A stretch of 64,000 nucleotides of DNA. Source: Myxococcota bacterium. GTDB lineage: Bacteria > Myxococcota_A > UBA9160 > SZUA-336. A program made the translations under genes and the position numbers. The notes beneath the pieces were generated by a model. That model saw nothing but the letters and a program-made list of their open reading frames with translations, was not told the DNA's origin and did not search any database. Of this stretch, positions 52,701-62,019 are shown one piece after another (the first letter of the stretch is position 1; each line of letters starts with the position of its first letter). The stretch is from positions 2,272,001 to 2,336,000 of the forward strand of contig CBDFGR010000003.1 of assembly GCA_965247115.1 (NCBI GenBank). The letters run 5' to 3'.

Positions 52701-54517
52701 ACCGCGGCCTGCTCCAGGCAGCGTTCGATCACAGGCACGTGTTTCTCGACCCCGATCCCGATCCGGGTAGAGCCTGGCATGAACGAAAGCGCCTGTTCGA
52801 GCTACCGGGCTCGAGCTGGGACGCGTACGACCGCTCGAAGATCAGCCGGGGTGGAGGGGTGTACGAGCGCAGCGCAAAGCGGATCGAGCTCTCTCCAGAA
52901 GCCAAGCGGGTTCTCGATGTGGAGCGCGAATGGTTGAGCGGCGAGGAGCTGATCCGAGCCGTTCTCCAGATGTCCGTAGATCTGCTCTGGAACGGGGGAA
53001 TCGGTACCTACGTCAAGGCCTCGAGCGAGTCGCACGAAGACGTCGGCGACCGCGCGAACGAGAGCGTGCGCGTGAACTCGAATGAGCTGCGTGCGCGCGT
53101 CGTTGGTGAGGGGGGCAACCTGGGCTTTACCCAGCTGGCCCGCGTCGAGTGCGCGCTCGCCGGGGTTCGGATCAATACCGACGCGCTCGACAACTCGGGC
53201 GGTGTCGAGCTCTCGGACTATGAAGTCAACTTCAAGGTGATGCTCGCTCCGCGCTGTGCAGACGGATCACTGGCAGATGCGAGCCGCGACGAGCTGCTCC
53301 GCGCGTGCGTCGACGAGGCGAATACCGCGGTCCTTTCGCACAACGGCACGCAGAGCCGCTGTGTCTCCATGGATCTTCTTCGGAGCGGTAGTGACCCGGA
53401 ACGAGTAGAGCTCGCCATGCAGTTCCTGATAGATCGAGCGAAGCTGGATCCGAAGGTGGAGTTCCTGCCCGACTCGGAGTCACTGCGCAAGCGCAGGCTG
53501 GCCGCCGCGGACAGCCCGAAGGGTCTCACACGACCTGAGCTCGCCATACTGCTCGGGTACACGAAGATGTTTGTCAAGCGCGAGCTGATCAGCTCGGAGA
53601 TCGTGTCGCATCCCTGCCTCGTGGATCTGTTCGAGGCGTACTTCCCGCCGAAGATGCACGAGCGCTTCGCGTCCTCTATCGATGGCCATCAGCTCCGGGG
53701 GGAGATCACGGCCACCTGCCTGACGAACCACGTGATCGACTGCGCGGGCATTACTCTCGTTCCGGAGCTGGCCGGAGCAATGGGCGTGGGAGCCGCAGAG
53801 GTCGTCGTTGCCTACTACACCGCCGACCGCATCGTCTCCGGGGAGGGACTTAGAGCAGAGATCTCGAACGAGAGCATCACTGAAGCCACTCGGCTGCAGG
53901 TCGAGCTCGTGCTCGGCGAGAGCGTGCGACAGCTGGCGTCGATGCTGTTGGAGCTCGGGTGTCCCTGCATGCTCGAAGCAGACGAGCTGCGCTGGACGGA
54001 GGCGATCAGCTCGCTCACGGGCGATCTTGCGAGCTGGCTAGGCGAGCTCGATGTCTCTCGCGTGGAGGCTCGTGCGGATCAGCTGGCCAAGGACGGTGTC
54101 ACTCGAAGGCTCGCTCTCGCGCTGGCCCGTATCGCCGTGGCCGTCGACGTACTGGGTGCGCTGCCCGTATCGATACGCGCCGAGACACCCTTGCTCGACA
54201 CCGTTGCGCTCCACAGCAGGATTGGCCGCGTCACTCGTATTACCTGGCTGCTGGAGCGCTTGCGCGGGGCCGAACGCGCCGACGGCTGGAGTCGTGTCGC
54301 CCACGAGGTCATGCACGTGGAGATGCTGGGCGTGCAGCGACGCCTCACCGCGGCGCTGCTCGAGTCGGCTGATCCCGATCCGCTCGCGCGCCTGTGCAGC
54401 GAGCGCGCGACGTGTCTGCGCCAGATCGAGGCGACGGCTACGCAGATCGAGTCCAGCGAGGATCGCAGTCTGGCATCCCTGACCGTTCTCTCCCAGCAGA
54501 TCCGGCGCCTCTGCTGA
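49793..54517 (+). CDS. Large NAD-specific glutamate dehydrogenase
   Basis: ARGGVRWSDR, VPVGAKGGF, GYDHKKEGITARG, GDMSGDVFGNG, EGGNLGFTQ. Confidence 0.93.
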   Translation: MEIAGSEKALDSFLREQLESAADPRELRRRGPGLLDEIARDAAPLVERLLPGKLHVRVSNPGGERSGRTTIEILVADQVFLVDTLRLSLNRLELRVLLLLHPLLPIEREDDGSIVQLGKAAVPRVRESYIYAEIPRVESQTRLAEIERELCGVMASAQDVVSDHRLMLEELNRHTARLESSAAELGLDPDQGLMGFLRWLADDNYVFVGARHYQVRRGDEGWEVETDPGSGLGVLRDQRDSRFARTARGDDIPDLVRSRLDDECLVYFDKSKTEATIHRHGRLDSISIKVFDESGEVVGFGRFVGLLTHKAIRTRPSDIPLLAQKRELVLDTIGSEHGSHTYKASIEAFDSLPVEFLFPSEVSEIASAVTQIFKASEHHLVEVCVIPNRRNRSFFASVVLPRLLYNEHLRQDIQELLIERYNASDVDDRSSFVDEDIALLHFFCSSTGDVDLGALGELQADIQELAEPWTDRFEKALLATFPGERGGRLSDTYSGLFPEGYQIVTSPHDAALDVEQLEVLRSGASQVGLRLSVREEGDERTRLLKVYQSERPYLTDLLPVLDRFGIRVIDAALTEIANGGAESSWIVTFRIEELSGFERTERGLEQRVLDGLRAALSGHIENDSLNCLIQAAGLDWRDIDLLRAYLAYSRQVGSNVLRSVARDSLMRYPSAARALLGLFRARFHPACCDARDLAEAEAVQRLELERDPITTAGDDRVFGILANLIQSTVRTSFFARDETDGRHLIAFKLAPERVSTMPSPRPWAEIYVHSARIEGVHLRGGPVARGGVRWSDREQDLRTEVLGLMKTQMVKNGLIVPVGAKGGFVLKQRIDDPAQRKQEVERQYVRFISALLALTDNLVDGKVVPPAGVVRHDADDPYLVVAADRGTADLSDVANRLAEERGFWLRDAFASGGSRGYDHKKEGITARGGWVCVRRHFLEMGIDIDEETYSIAGIGDMSGDVFGNGLLLAHRGLLQAAFDHRHVFLDPDPDPGRAWHERKRLFELPGSSWDAYDRSKISRGGGVYERSAKRIELSPEAKRVLDVEREWLSGEELIRAVLQMSVDLLWNGGIGTYVKASSESHEDVGDRANESVRVNSNELRARVVGEGGNLGFTQLARVECALAGVRINTDALDNSGGVELSDYEVNFKVMLAPRCADGSLADASRDELLRACVDEANTAVLSHNGTQSRCVSMDLLRSGSDPERVELAMQFLIDRAKLDPKVEFLPDSESLRKRRLAAADSPKGLTRPELAILLGYTKMFVKRELISSEIVSHPCLVDLFEAYFPPKMHERFASSIDGHQLRGEITATCLTNHVIDCAGITLVPELAGAMGVGAAEVVVAYYTADRIVSGEGLRAEISNESITEATRLQVELVLGESVRQLASMLLELGCPCMLEADELRWTEAISSLTGDLASWLGELDVSRVEARADQLAKDGVTRRLALALARIAVAVDVLGALPVSIRAETPLLDTVALHSRIGRVTRITWLLERLRGAERADGWSRVAHEVMHVEMLGVQRRLTAALLESADPDPLARLCSERATCLRQIEATATQIESSEDRSLASLTVLSQQIRRLC

Positions 54518-54541
54518 CATTGCTCCCGACGCGGCCAACGG

Positions 54542-56632
54542 TCAGTTCTTGAGCGTCGCAATCAGATTCGTATAGTCATCGGTCCATATGCGCGTGTTGC
54601 GTGGGACGGGCAGGGTAGAGCTCGCCCTGCGGGTGACCTGCGGATCCCTCAGGAATTTCTGGTTGCTGGTCACAAGCATCCACTCCGAGAAGTCGATGGC
54701 TCGGCGTTGGTCTTCGTTCGTGGTGACCAGGAGGGATGACTTGCGGATGTTTGTTGCGAGGGTCTGAACGACGGGTTTCAAGTCCAAGTGGTAGTTCGTA
54801 ACGTTGACCGCCAATATGCCGCCGGTTGCCAGGTGCGCCCAGTAGAGCTGAAAAGCCTCGCGGGTGAGCAAGTGGACAGGGACGGCGTCCGCGCTGAAGG
54901 CATCGAGGACGAGGATGTCGAACGCTTGCAGCTGGTTCCTCGCTCTTTCAAGCTCCATCGAAAGGCGTGCATCGCCGAGAATGACCTCACTGGTTGCGTC
55001 GCCGTCCTGGAGATAGGAGAAATACTCGCGAGTTATGCGCACAACGGCGGGGTTGATCTCGTAGAAGCGAATGACGTCGCCGGCTCGGCCGTGTGCCGCG
55101 GTGGTTCCGGCGCCGAGACCGATGACGCCGATGCGCATCGGTTGGCCGACTCGTCGTCGGGGGTGGCGCCGGGCGGCGAGGCCAATTCCGCTTCGCATCG
55201 TAAAGTAGGTTGTGGGCTGCATGTTGCGCCGGGGATCCATGAACTGGCTTCCGTGGCGGATCCGACCGTGCCACAGCTCACGCGCCGGGCTGTCGGGCCC
55301 CTTGTCGAAGACCCGCAGCACGCCGTAGAAGTTCCGGCGAGTGGCCAACGTGTTCTCTGCGTCCCTTGAGGAAATGCTGGAGACGAACCACCCACCTCCA
55401 AGCAGGGCGACGAGTGTCAAAGTCCAAGCCGGTTTGCGGATGAGAGGCTTGAGCTCAGAGCTCCTGGCCAGGCAGAGGAAGAACAATACAGCAGAGCCAA
55501 AGAGCCCAATCGGAAACTCCCAGAAGCCCCGAAAGACTACGGGCGCCACGAGGCTGACGGCGACTCCCCCAAGTGCACCGCCGATGGCCAGGCTGAGGTA
55601 GAAGGCGGTGAGGTGCTCGGAGGCAGGCTTGATGCGCACCAGCTCCCCGTGCAGGACCATACAGCAGACGAACAGCGTGCTGAGAAAGATGCCTAGCTGG
55701 ACCCAGACTCGGACGAAGGCGCCTTGCTCCAACAGGTAGAGTGAGGCGCCCAGACCTACGACCAGAGCGGTGCCCCAGATTCGGCGGTCGTACCACCTCG
55801 AGTGATCGAAACACAGGATGTAGGAGAGGATGTAGAGCGCGAGCGGAAAGACCCACAAGAAGGGGACGCTCGCGACATCCTGGCAGACCTGATTGGTGGT
55901 GGCGAGAAGCATCAGCGAGGCGAACGCCGGCAGGGTAATCCAAAGCACGCGAATCTCGCGAGAGACCTTGGGAGTCGTCCGCTTTCCAGGAGTGCGCTGG
56001 GGAGACGGCTCTGTACCCCGACCCTTGGCTACACAGAAGAGGGTGTGGCCACACACCAGCGTGAATGCCCCATAGAGGAAACACCAAAGGAAAATCTGGA
56101 GTCGCAGCGAGAGCAACGGCTCGATAGCAAACGGGTAAGCGAGAAGAGCAAGCAGCGAACCGACGTTCGAGAGTGCGTACAGCCGGTAGGGCGACGTCGG
56201 GTGATCGACGCTGTACCAGTGCTGTACCAGGGGTGCGGTGGCAGCGAGCAGTGTATAGGGCAGGCCTACAGTTCGGGTCAGATGCCAGAGGATGGACAGC
56301 GCGGGCGAACCGGCCACGGGCTCGTGCGACAGTCCTGGCAGAAGTGGGAGCGCGAGCAACGACGCGATCAGCAGCGAAATGTGAACTCGCCTCTGCGTGG
56401 GGAGGCGGAGCCGGGTCAAGAAGTGTGCGTAGGCGTAACCGAGGGTCAACAGGGCCTGAAAAAAGAGCAGGCAGGTGGTCCACACGCCGTGGCTGCCACC
56501 AAAGACCGGAAGGATGTTCTTGCCTTGCAGAGGCTGCAGCACGAACAGAAGGGAAGCGCCAAGGAAGATCGTCGCCGCGAGCCGGACCTGTTGCGGAGAC
56601 CAACTGCGGACAGGAGGGTCGGGAGATGTCAT
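54542..56632 (-). CDS. Membrane-fused spermidine-synthase-like SAM-dependent protein
   Basis: Many TM helices, PYRLYALSNVGS, GVIGLGAG, FYEINP, GDARLS, LDAFSADAVPVHLLT, WTDDY. Confidence 0.88.
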   Translation of the reverse strand: MTSPDPPVRSWSPQQVRLAATIFLGASLLFVLQPLQGKNILPVFGGSHGVWTTCLLFFQALLTLGYAYAHFLTRLRLPTQRRVHISLLIASLLALPLLPGLSHEPVAGSPALSILWHLTRTVGLPYTLLAATAPLVQHWYSVDHPTSPYRLYALSNVGSLLALLAYPFAIEPLLSLRLQIFLWCFLYGAFTLVCGHTLFCVAKGRGTEPSPQRTPGKRTTPKVSREIRVLWITLPAFASLMLLATTNQVCQDVASVPFLWVFPLALYILSYILCFDHSRWYDRRIWGTALVVGLGASLYLLEQGAFVRVWVQLGIFLSTLFVCCMVLHGELVRIKPASEHLTAFYLSLAIGGALGGVAVSLVAPVVFRGFWEFPIGLFGSAVLFFLCLARSSELKPLIRKPAWTLTLVALLGGGWFVSSISSRDAENTLATRRNFYGVLRVFDKGPDSPARELWHGRIRHGSQFMDPRRNMQPTTYFTMRSGIGLAARRHPRRRVGQPMRIGVIGLGAGTTAAHGRAGDVIRFYEINPAVVRITREYFSYLQDGDATSEVILGDARLSMELERARNQLQAFDILVLDAFSADAVPVHLLTREAFQLYWAHLATGGILAVNVTNYHLDLKPVVQTLATNIRKSSLLVTTNEDQRRAIDFSEWMLVTSNQKFLRDPQVTRRASSTLPVPRNTRIWTDDYTNLIATLKN

Positions 56633-56786
56633 AGAAGGAACCAACCCTTGCAGCTGGTCCCTAGGACTGCTCGGCACCCAACGTGGGGAAGTTAAGATCG
56701 GCTTTTTCGGGTTCTGAACTCACAAGTGATTGTGAGTTGCAACCTCGGTTCGCCCGCAAATGCGCAGCTTGTTGGCTAGCTTCCGG

Positions 56787-57479
56787 TCAGCGTAGCGAGG
56801 CCAGCATCTTCTCGAGGTCGGGCCGGGCGATCGCCATGATATCCGGGCGGTGATCGGACCAGCCGGTGTGGGAGAAGCCGTGGCCCGCACCCGCGTGGAC
56901 GCGCATCCGGAAGTCGTCGATCGCCTTGCACTCGCTCTCGATGGTTGCGAGCTCCTCGACGGGGACCACCGGATCCTCGTCTCCGAAGTCCATCAGCACA
57001 GGGCACTTCACCTCGCCGGCCCGGCCGACCACGCTCCCCATGCGGCTGCCGTGCCAGGTCACGACGCCATCGAGCTCCAAGTCGGCCGCCGCGTTGAACA
57101 CGAACGGTCCGCCGAGGCAGATCCCGAGCCCGATCACGCGGCCGTTGCAGGCGGGGTCCTCCTTGAGCGCTGCGAGCAGCTCGCGGAAGTCGGCGGTGGC
57201 ACGCGGGAAGTCGAGCCCGGCCCTGCGCGCGAAAGCGCGCTCGCGGTCCGACTCGCCAAGGCCGCCCGAATCGTCGCCGCGCGCGAACGGATCGAACGAG
57301 ACCACCACGGCCCCGGTCTCCGCGATCTCATCGGCGTGCTGCGCCAGCTCGTCCGTCACCCCGAAGATCGACGGAAAGATGATCAGCCCGGGATACGTGC
57401 CCTCATGCGGAGGAGCTGCTCCATAGATCTCGATCTCGGCGCCGTCCGACGCCTGCCAAGTGGTGCCCCGAAGACTCAT
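56787..57479 (-). CDS. Dienelactone hydrolase-family protein
   Basis: IFGV, GICLGG nucleophile, GDEDP, GHGF. Confidence 0.88.
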   Translation of the reverse strand: MSLRGTTWQASDGAEIEIYGAAPPHEGTYPGLIIFPSIFGVTDELAQHADEIAETGAVVVSFDPFARGDDSGGLGESDRERAFARRAGLDFPRATADFRELLAALKEDPACNGRVIGLGICLGGPFVFNAAADLELDGVVTWHGSRMGSVVGRAGEVKCPVLMDFGDEDPVVPVEELATIESECKAIDDFRMRVHAGAGHGFSHTGWSDHRPDIMAIARPDLEKMLASLR

Positions 57480-57733
57480 TGCTTCTCCTCTGGATCGGTA
57501 CGGAGTATACCGGCTGGCCGGGCGGACTAGTGATTGGCGAGCCCGCCGCCCCAAGGGGAACCTCCACTAGGGACGGATCGGCGAGATCGATCACCAAGCC
57601 GTTCGATACGGTCCTGCTCGTGTTGCTGGGCGAGGACTACGAGACGCAGGAGATGTGGGAGGCGGGCCGAGAAGTCGTCGTCGCGCGAGCCTTCGAGTTG
57701 CTGACCCCCCGCTGCTGTGCGAGTTTTCCCAAC

Positions 57734-57823
57734 GGAGAGATGCCGGAGCGGTTGAACGGGGCGGTCTCGAAAACCGTTGAGGGTGCAAGTCCTCCGGGGG
57801 TTCGAATCCCCCTCTCTCCGCCA
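57734..57823 (+). tRNA. tRNA-Ser(CGA)
   Basis: GGAGAGA/TCTCTCC acceptor, anticodon arm GCGGT-CTCGAAA-ACCGT, long variable arm, GGTTCGAATCC, encoded CCA. Confidence 0.96.
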
Positions 57824-58147
57824 TGAGTTCGGGCACTTACGCGCTCAGGCCCGGCCTCATTACCAATGCCCGAAGTGCCTTTTGACAGCTAACTGACAGC
57901 TACACGCTCCGAACTGCTCACTGGAACAGCCTTAGAACCTATTTCCAGCACCTCGCTGAGAAGGGGACCCTCATAGCTGGCGGCTCGGTCGGGAGGAGCA
58001 GCTGCGGTACGCCCGCGCAACTCACTGGAATACCAGTGAGCTCAGGGCGACGTTTTATTACCTAGGCAAGTAGTCGGTAGTCGGAAGCTGAGGCACCCCC
58101 CGCGCCGCGCTCATCGCACCGGCTCTCCTCGGTCTGCAGGACCACCC

Positions 58148-58645
58148 CTAGCCGTCCACTATTCGATCATTGTCGAATCGCAACTTGGCTTCATTGACTT
58201 CAAGTCGGATACCACACTGGCGGTAGATACGTTCCGACACTGTCTGAATGTTCGAATCGTCTCTCTTGAGAAGGAATGGATTGCGAAACGGATACCACTT
58301 CTCGCCGGGTATTTCGGGATCGATGCCAGCATGATCAAGCGCCAGCGCAATGAGATTCAGCTGCACGAACCTATCACGACGATCAAAGCTTCCGAAGACT
58401 AACTCGTCAGTCGCATTCGGGAAGCCGGTTGCTCGCGTTACGTTACGCAATAGCTCCGCCAGCTGTTTCGGATATTCCGACGTCTCTGACAGTCTCAGTG
58501 AGAGGTGATGTTCCGCGAGGAGTGCATTCGTAGCGGCGGCGAAGTCCTTCGGCGAGACACGAATTCGCCTGACAAGAACAAGCAGCGCTACCACGAGCAC
58601 AGTCCAGATCAACCAAATCACCAGATGACGCCTCCTGCGTAGCAA
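58148..58645 (-). CDS. Hypothetical protein with N-terminal TM helix
   Basis: 165-aa ORF with hydrophobic LVIWLIWTVLVVALLVLV. Confidence 0.6.
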   Translation of the reverse strand: MLRRRRHLVIWLIWTVLVVALLVLVRRIRVSPKDFAAATNALLAEHHLSLRLSETSEYPKQLAELLRNVTRATGFPNATDELVFGSFDRRDRFVQLNLIALALDHAGIDPEIPGEKWYPFRNPFLLKRDDSNIQTVSERIYRQCGIRLEVNEAKLRFDNDRIVDG

Positions 58646-58844
58646 CTAACCGGGATTCTAGATGCCCGTCGTAGGATCCCGCGTATACCATGATGCCATC
58701 CTGGCAGACCAGAGGCGTTACGACCACTGCTTGAGCGCCTCGGGCTCCGGCTGCGGCGACCGCTACGACGCGGACCGTCGAGTAGCTAGCCCGAAGGTCG
58801 GCCGCGTAACTCTCTGTCCTCTGCCGGGTTTCGTCGCGCTCCGC

Positions 58845-59981
58845 TCAGAGCTCCGGGATCCACGGCACCTCGCCTGCCGCACCCATCACCTCAAGAAGGT
58901 CTACGGCCAGCTTCTCAGCTGCGAGCGAATTCGTGTCCTCTCTTGGGGGCAGCCCCTTAGCGCCAAGCGCACGCCAGAGAGCATCCTGTAGAACCAGAGG
59001 GACACGGGTCGAGGCGTGGGGGCGCTCGATGAATCGCAGAACAAGCTCAGCGAGGGCGGGAGCGTAGGGAGGCTCGAGTGGGGGCATCTTCGCACGATTG
59101 TCTAGGACGCCTGCATTCTCGAGAACAGTGGTCAGCTTTGAGTACAGATCGCGTCGTGACTTGTACATCGAGTGCCCGCCGAATAGATAGGTCGGGACGG
59201 TATCGCGGATCTCAGACAGCCCCATCTCTTGGACATGTCGGCAGAGCTGAAGAACTGAAAGGGAGAAGTGAGAAGCAGCTTCCAAAAACTGAACCGAGTG
59301 CCATGGCTGCTTTCCTGTCGGCTTCACTCTCAATGCTCGGAAGTGAGCCAACAGGTTCTGGACATTCCTGAAGTCGCGGTTGTACCAGAAGTCAAACTGT
59401 AGGAACGAGCTGAGGCTCTCTCCGGCATACTTGTCCTGCGCCTTTCCGTACGCTTCGTGTAGATCGGAGCGGAAGTACTCTGGGTCATCAAGGCCGCGCT
59501 TTGCGCTTTCGACCCAATGATCCACCTCAGGACCCGAGAGCGCGTGAACACCTAGCTGCCTGGCCAGATCACGGATGTGGCTGTCGATCGGTTTGCGCTC
59601 AAGAAGCAGGATGCCCTGATCACTGCCCATGTAGTCGAGAACGCCGCGGAGATGGAAGACTTCCCGGGCAGCACTTAGTCGGGTACCGCCTTTGCAGCTA
59701 ACTCCGATGATCCTGGAGGCAAAGTTGACTCCATGCTGAACGGCGAGCACATCCACGTCGGTAACATCGGCCAATCCTGCGGTCTGAGCTGCGGAGAGGA
59801 TGATGTTGATGCCACAGTAGTAGCCGCTCGCCGACAACGCTGACGCAGCGGCTAGCTTTAGCGGCAGGTCTCTTTCTCCCTGGCTCGTCTTCTTCCTCGA
59901 CCGCTTGCGGCTCTCAGATTCGGATTTGCTCGACGAGACCTGCAAGCTCATCTGTCGTTGCTCCTCGCCTTTTCTTGGCAA
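58845..59981 (-). CDS. Hypothetical protein with N-terminal PD-(D/E)xK/Mrr-like nuclease pattern (start uncertain)
   Basis: TDVDVLA...IIGVSCKGG...REVFHLRGVLDY; overlaps the upstream gene. Confidence 0.6.
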   Translation of the reverse strand: MPRKGEEQRQMSLQVSSSKSESESRKRSRKKTSQGERDLPLKLAAASALSASGYYCGINIILSAAQTAGLADVTDVDVLAVQHGVNFASRIIGVSCKGGTRLSAAREVFHLRGVLDYMGSDQGILLLERKPIDSHIRDLARQLGVHALSGPEVDHWVESAKRGLDDPEYFRSDLHEAYGKAQDKYAGESLSSFLQFDFWYNRDFRNVQNLLAHFRALRVKPTGKQPWHSVQFLEAASHFSLSVLQLCRHVQEMGLSEIRDTVPTYLFGGHSMYKSRRDLYSKLTTVLENAGVLDNRAKMPPLEPPYAPALAELVLRFIERPHASTRVPLVLQDALWRALGAKGLPPREDTNSLAAEKLAVDLLEVMGAAGEVPWIPEL

Positions 59982-61179
59982 CGTGTACCTCCCTTATCGG
60001 GTGTGCAACCGATCCCGACACCAGGTGAAGGGCCGTTTGAGCGGATGGGTCCTTTTCCTCCAGGATCTCACCGGTACGGAAGAACTCCTTGGCGATCTCG
60101 CAGGCTCGCAGGTTGTCTTTAGTGGGGATCAGCTCGAAGGAGTAGCGGCTCCCAGCCGTCTTGAGGACACGCCCCACTCCCTTCTGAACGAGCATGCCGT
60201 ACTGGTTCTTAAGCTCTGTGTGCGGCCGTATCCTGTGCTTTCTGCTGCTATCAGTTAGAGCACTGAGGATGGCTAGGGGGTTGCGTATTCTGGTTATTAC
60301 AGCAGCTTCGCTTCCGTACCTTAGGCAGGAGACAATCGACTGGGCCTTCTGGAGCACGGTCTTCTCTTCGGGAGTGGTGAGCAGGTCTCCCGAGTACGGA
60401 GCGAAAGAATACACGCGCACGCCACCAGCAGAGTCAACTCGATAGCTGGGGAGGATGCCCCCACGAATCGCCTGCGCGACCAAGGGATCCTCAGCATCGG
60501 ACAGCTCGACGCCAGGGCGTCCTCGCACAAGGTCAAGCACGCGTGAGAACTCACTGCGTTCGCACGTGACAAGGAACCTGCGCAGCTTCTCTCGGTCCAC
60601 GTCCCACAGAAGCGGTGTGAACAAGACGGGGTTGGCACCTTTCTCGAGCGAGTCGAGTACGCACGCGTTGCTGCCCACCTCGATTACGAGCTTTCGATCG
60701 TCGCTGTTTAGCGATTGCAGCGGGGCAATATCCAGTAGGGCTTTCGGTGCCACGACGACTTCGTCGAGGGTCTCTATGAGCGCTTCTTCCTTGTGGCTCT
60801 TGTCTCGTAGGGCGCGCCAGAGCCCACCAATCCGCTCATAGTTGGCCGAGTAGTCAAGACGCTCGACCTTCTCGAAGAAGACGCTTTTGCCCAAACGAGT
60901 AGTGCGCGCCTCGAGGAGATCTACCTCCTGCAGTGCGCGGACCGCTGCATCGAAGTCAGCCCCCGATATCTTCAATTCTGCGGCCGCGAGCATCCTAAGC
61001 CGACGAACGTCCTCGATTATGTCTTGCCCACGAACAAGCATTGCGAGGCGAGCAGCTCGCCCATGCACGCGAGTTGCTTCGTAGTCGACCAGTTCTACTG
61101 ATTCTGGAACAACGTTCTCGGCGAGGCCCGCCTCCAGCTCCAGCAGACGCAGACCAGTTCTGGTGAACTCGTCACTCAC
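59914..61179 (-). CDS. Hypothetical protein, 421 aa, possibly tandem winged helices
   Basis: AGGAGG RBS before GTG 61179; long ORF with no recognised catalytic motif. Confidence 0.7.
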   Translation of the reverse strand: MSDEFTRTGLRLLELEAGLAENVVPESVELVDYEATRVHGRAARLAMLVRGQDIIEDVRRLRMLAAAELKISGADFDAAVRALQEVDLLEARTTRLGKSVFFEKVERLDYSANYERIGGLWRALRDKSHKEEALIETLDEVVVAPKALLDIAPLQSLNSDDRKLVIEVGSNACVLDSLEKGANPVLFTPLLWDVDREKLRRFLVTCERSEFSRVLDLVRGRPGVELSDAEDPLVAQAIRGGILPSYRVDSAGGVRVYSFAPYSGDLLTTPEEKTVLQKAQSIVSCLRYGSEAAVITRIRNPLAILSALTDSSRKHRIRPHTELKNQYGMLVQKGVGRVLKTAGSRYSFELIPTKDNLRACEIAKEFFRTGEILEEKDPSAQTALHLVSGSVAHPIREVHVAKKRRGATTDELAGLVEQIRI

Positions 61180-61623
61180 ACCCTCGCTCCTCCTAGGGTC
61201 TCGGATCGGAGGCCAAAGGATCACTTGGCCACGAGGGTGTGAATCTATCCTCTGGGCCTAGAGCTTCCAGCCAGGCGCGGCGCTTCCCCAAATGCCCGAA
61301 AGGAGGGCGCTTTACCGCCGCCGAGCGGACCTTGGTCAAGGGGACCCGGACGGTGGCCATCGGCAGCCCTTGGGATACGCTAAGGCGCTGGCCGGCCGAC
61401 GGTTACCATTGAACTCGTGTTAGCAACAGGGACGCCACGCGAACCCGACGTCGTCTGCGTGTCATTCCAAACACGCGTACCGCTACCGTACCGCTATGGG
61501 AGCAGGAACTCGCCGAACGCCTGCGAACTGCTCCGAACGCGCGCGAACGAGAATACTCCCAAATCGCGAAGACTTACGACCTCACACGAACGACCGCGAG
61601 TAGCGACGAGCGGTCCTGAGACC

Positions 61624-61670
61624 GCTTCCGGAGCAAGAAGTCGCCGGTTCAAATCCGGCCGCCCCGACCA
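61624..61670 (+). mobile_element. 3' half of tRNA-Pro (att-site duplication)
   Basis: GAGCAAGAAGTCGCCGGTTCAAATCCGGCCGCCCCGACCA gives a T-arm and a Pro-type CCGACCA end; no complementary 5' acceptor strand upstream. Confidence 0.75.
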
Positions 61671-61730
61671 GACTTACGCAGTCCGTGGTCGGGTCCGGTG
61701 CGCGAGCAGTGTGCGAGTGTCGGCCGAGGT

Positions 61731-62006
61731 CTATCGGCTCACCTGAAGCTTGAGAACCTTGATTTGCCACCTGGCCGGCTCGTACACGTAGACCAAACGC
61801 ATCTTCGGGAAGGTCGCCGGCAGCTTCGACCGGACAACATATCTGGCCGGGTTAGACCCGACGAGAAAGAAACCGCATTCAGGGTCGCGAACAATTCGCC
61901 AGATCAACGCGTCCCACACGTCATCGACACGGGCGAACACCATGCGGGCCTTATCCAGATAGGCCATGACCTGTGGCTCTTCGACGACGCTCAGTGCGAA
62001 GGCCAA
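61731..62006 (-). CDS. Small protein, putative RelE/ParE-like toxin
   Basis: 91 aa; helix followed by RYVV...MRLVYVY...IKVLKL strands; 13 bp downstream of the Panacea gene. Confidence 0.5.
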   Translation of the reverse strand: MAFALSVVEEPQVMAYLDKARMVFARVDDVWDALIWRIVRDPECGFFLVGSNPARYVVRSKLPATFPKMRLVYVYEPARWQIKVLKLQVSR

Positions 62007-62019
62007 CGGCTACAGACCC

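Noticed and set aside
56695..56722. Sigma28 promoter for the spermidine-synthase-like gene
   Set aside because: GCCGATCT is present, but the N16-spaced -35 reads TGAG.
57479..57826. 115-aa plus-strand ORF
   Set aside because: It runs through the tRNA. The central KPFDTVLLVLLGEDYE segment may be a gene relic but cannot be assigned.
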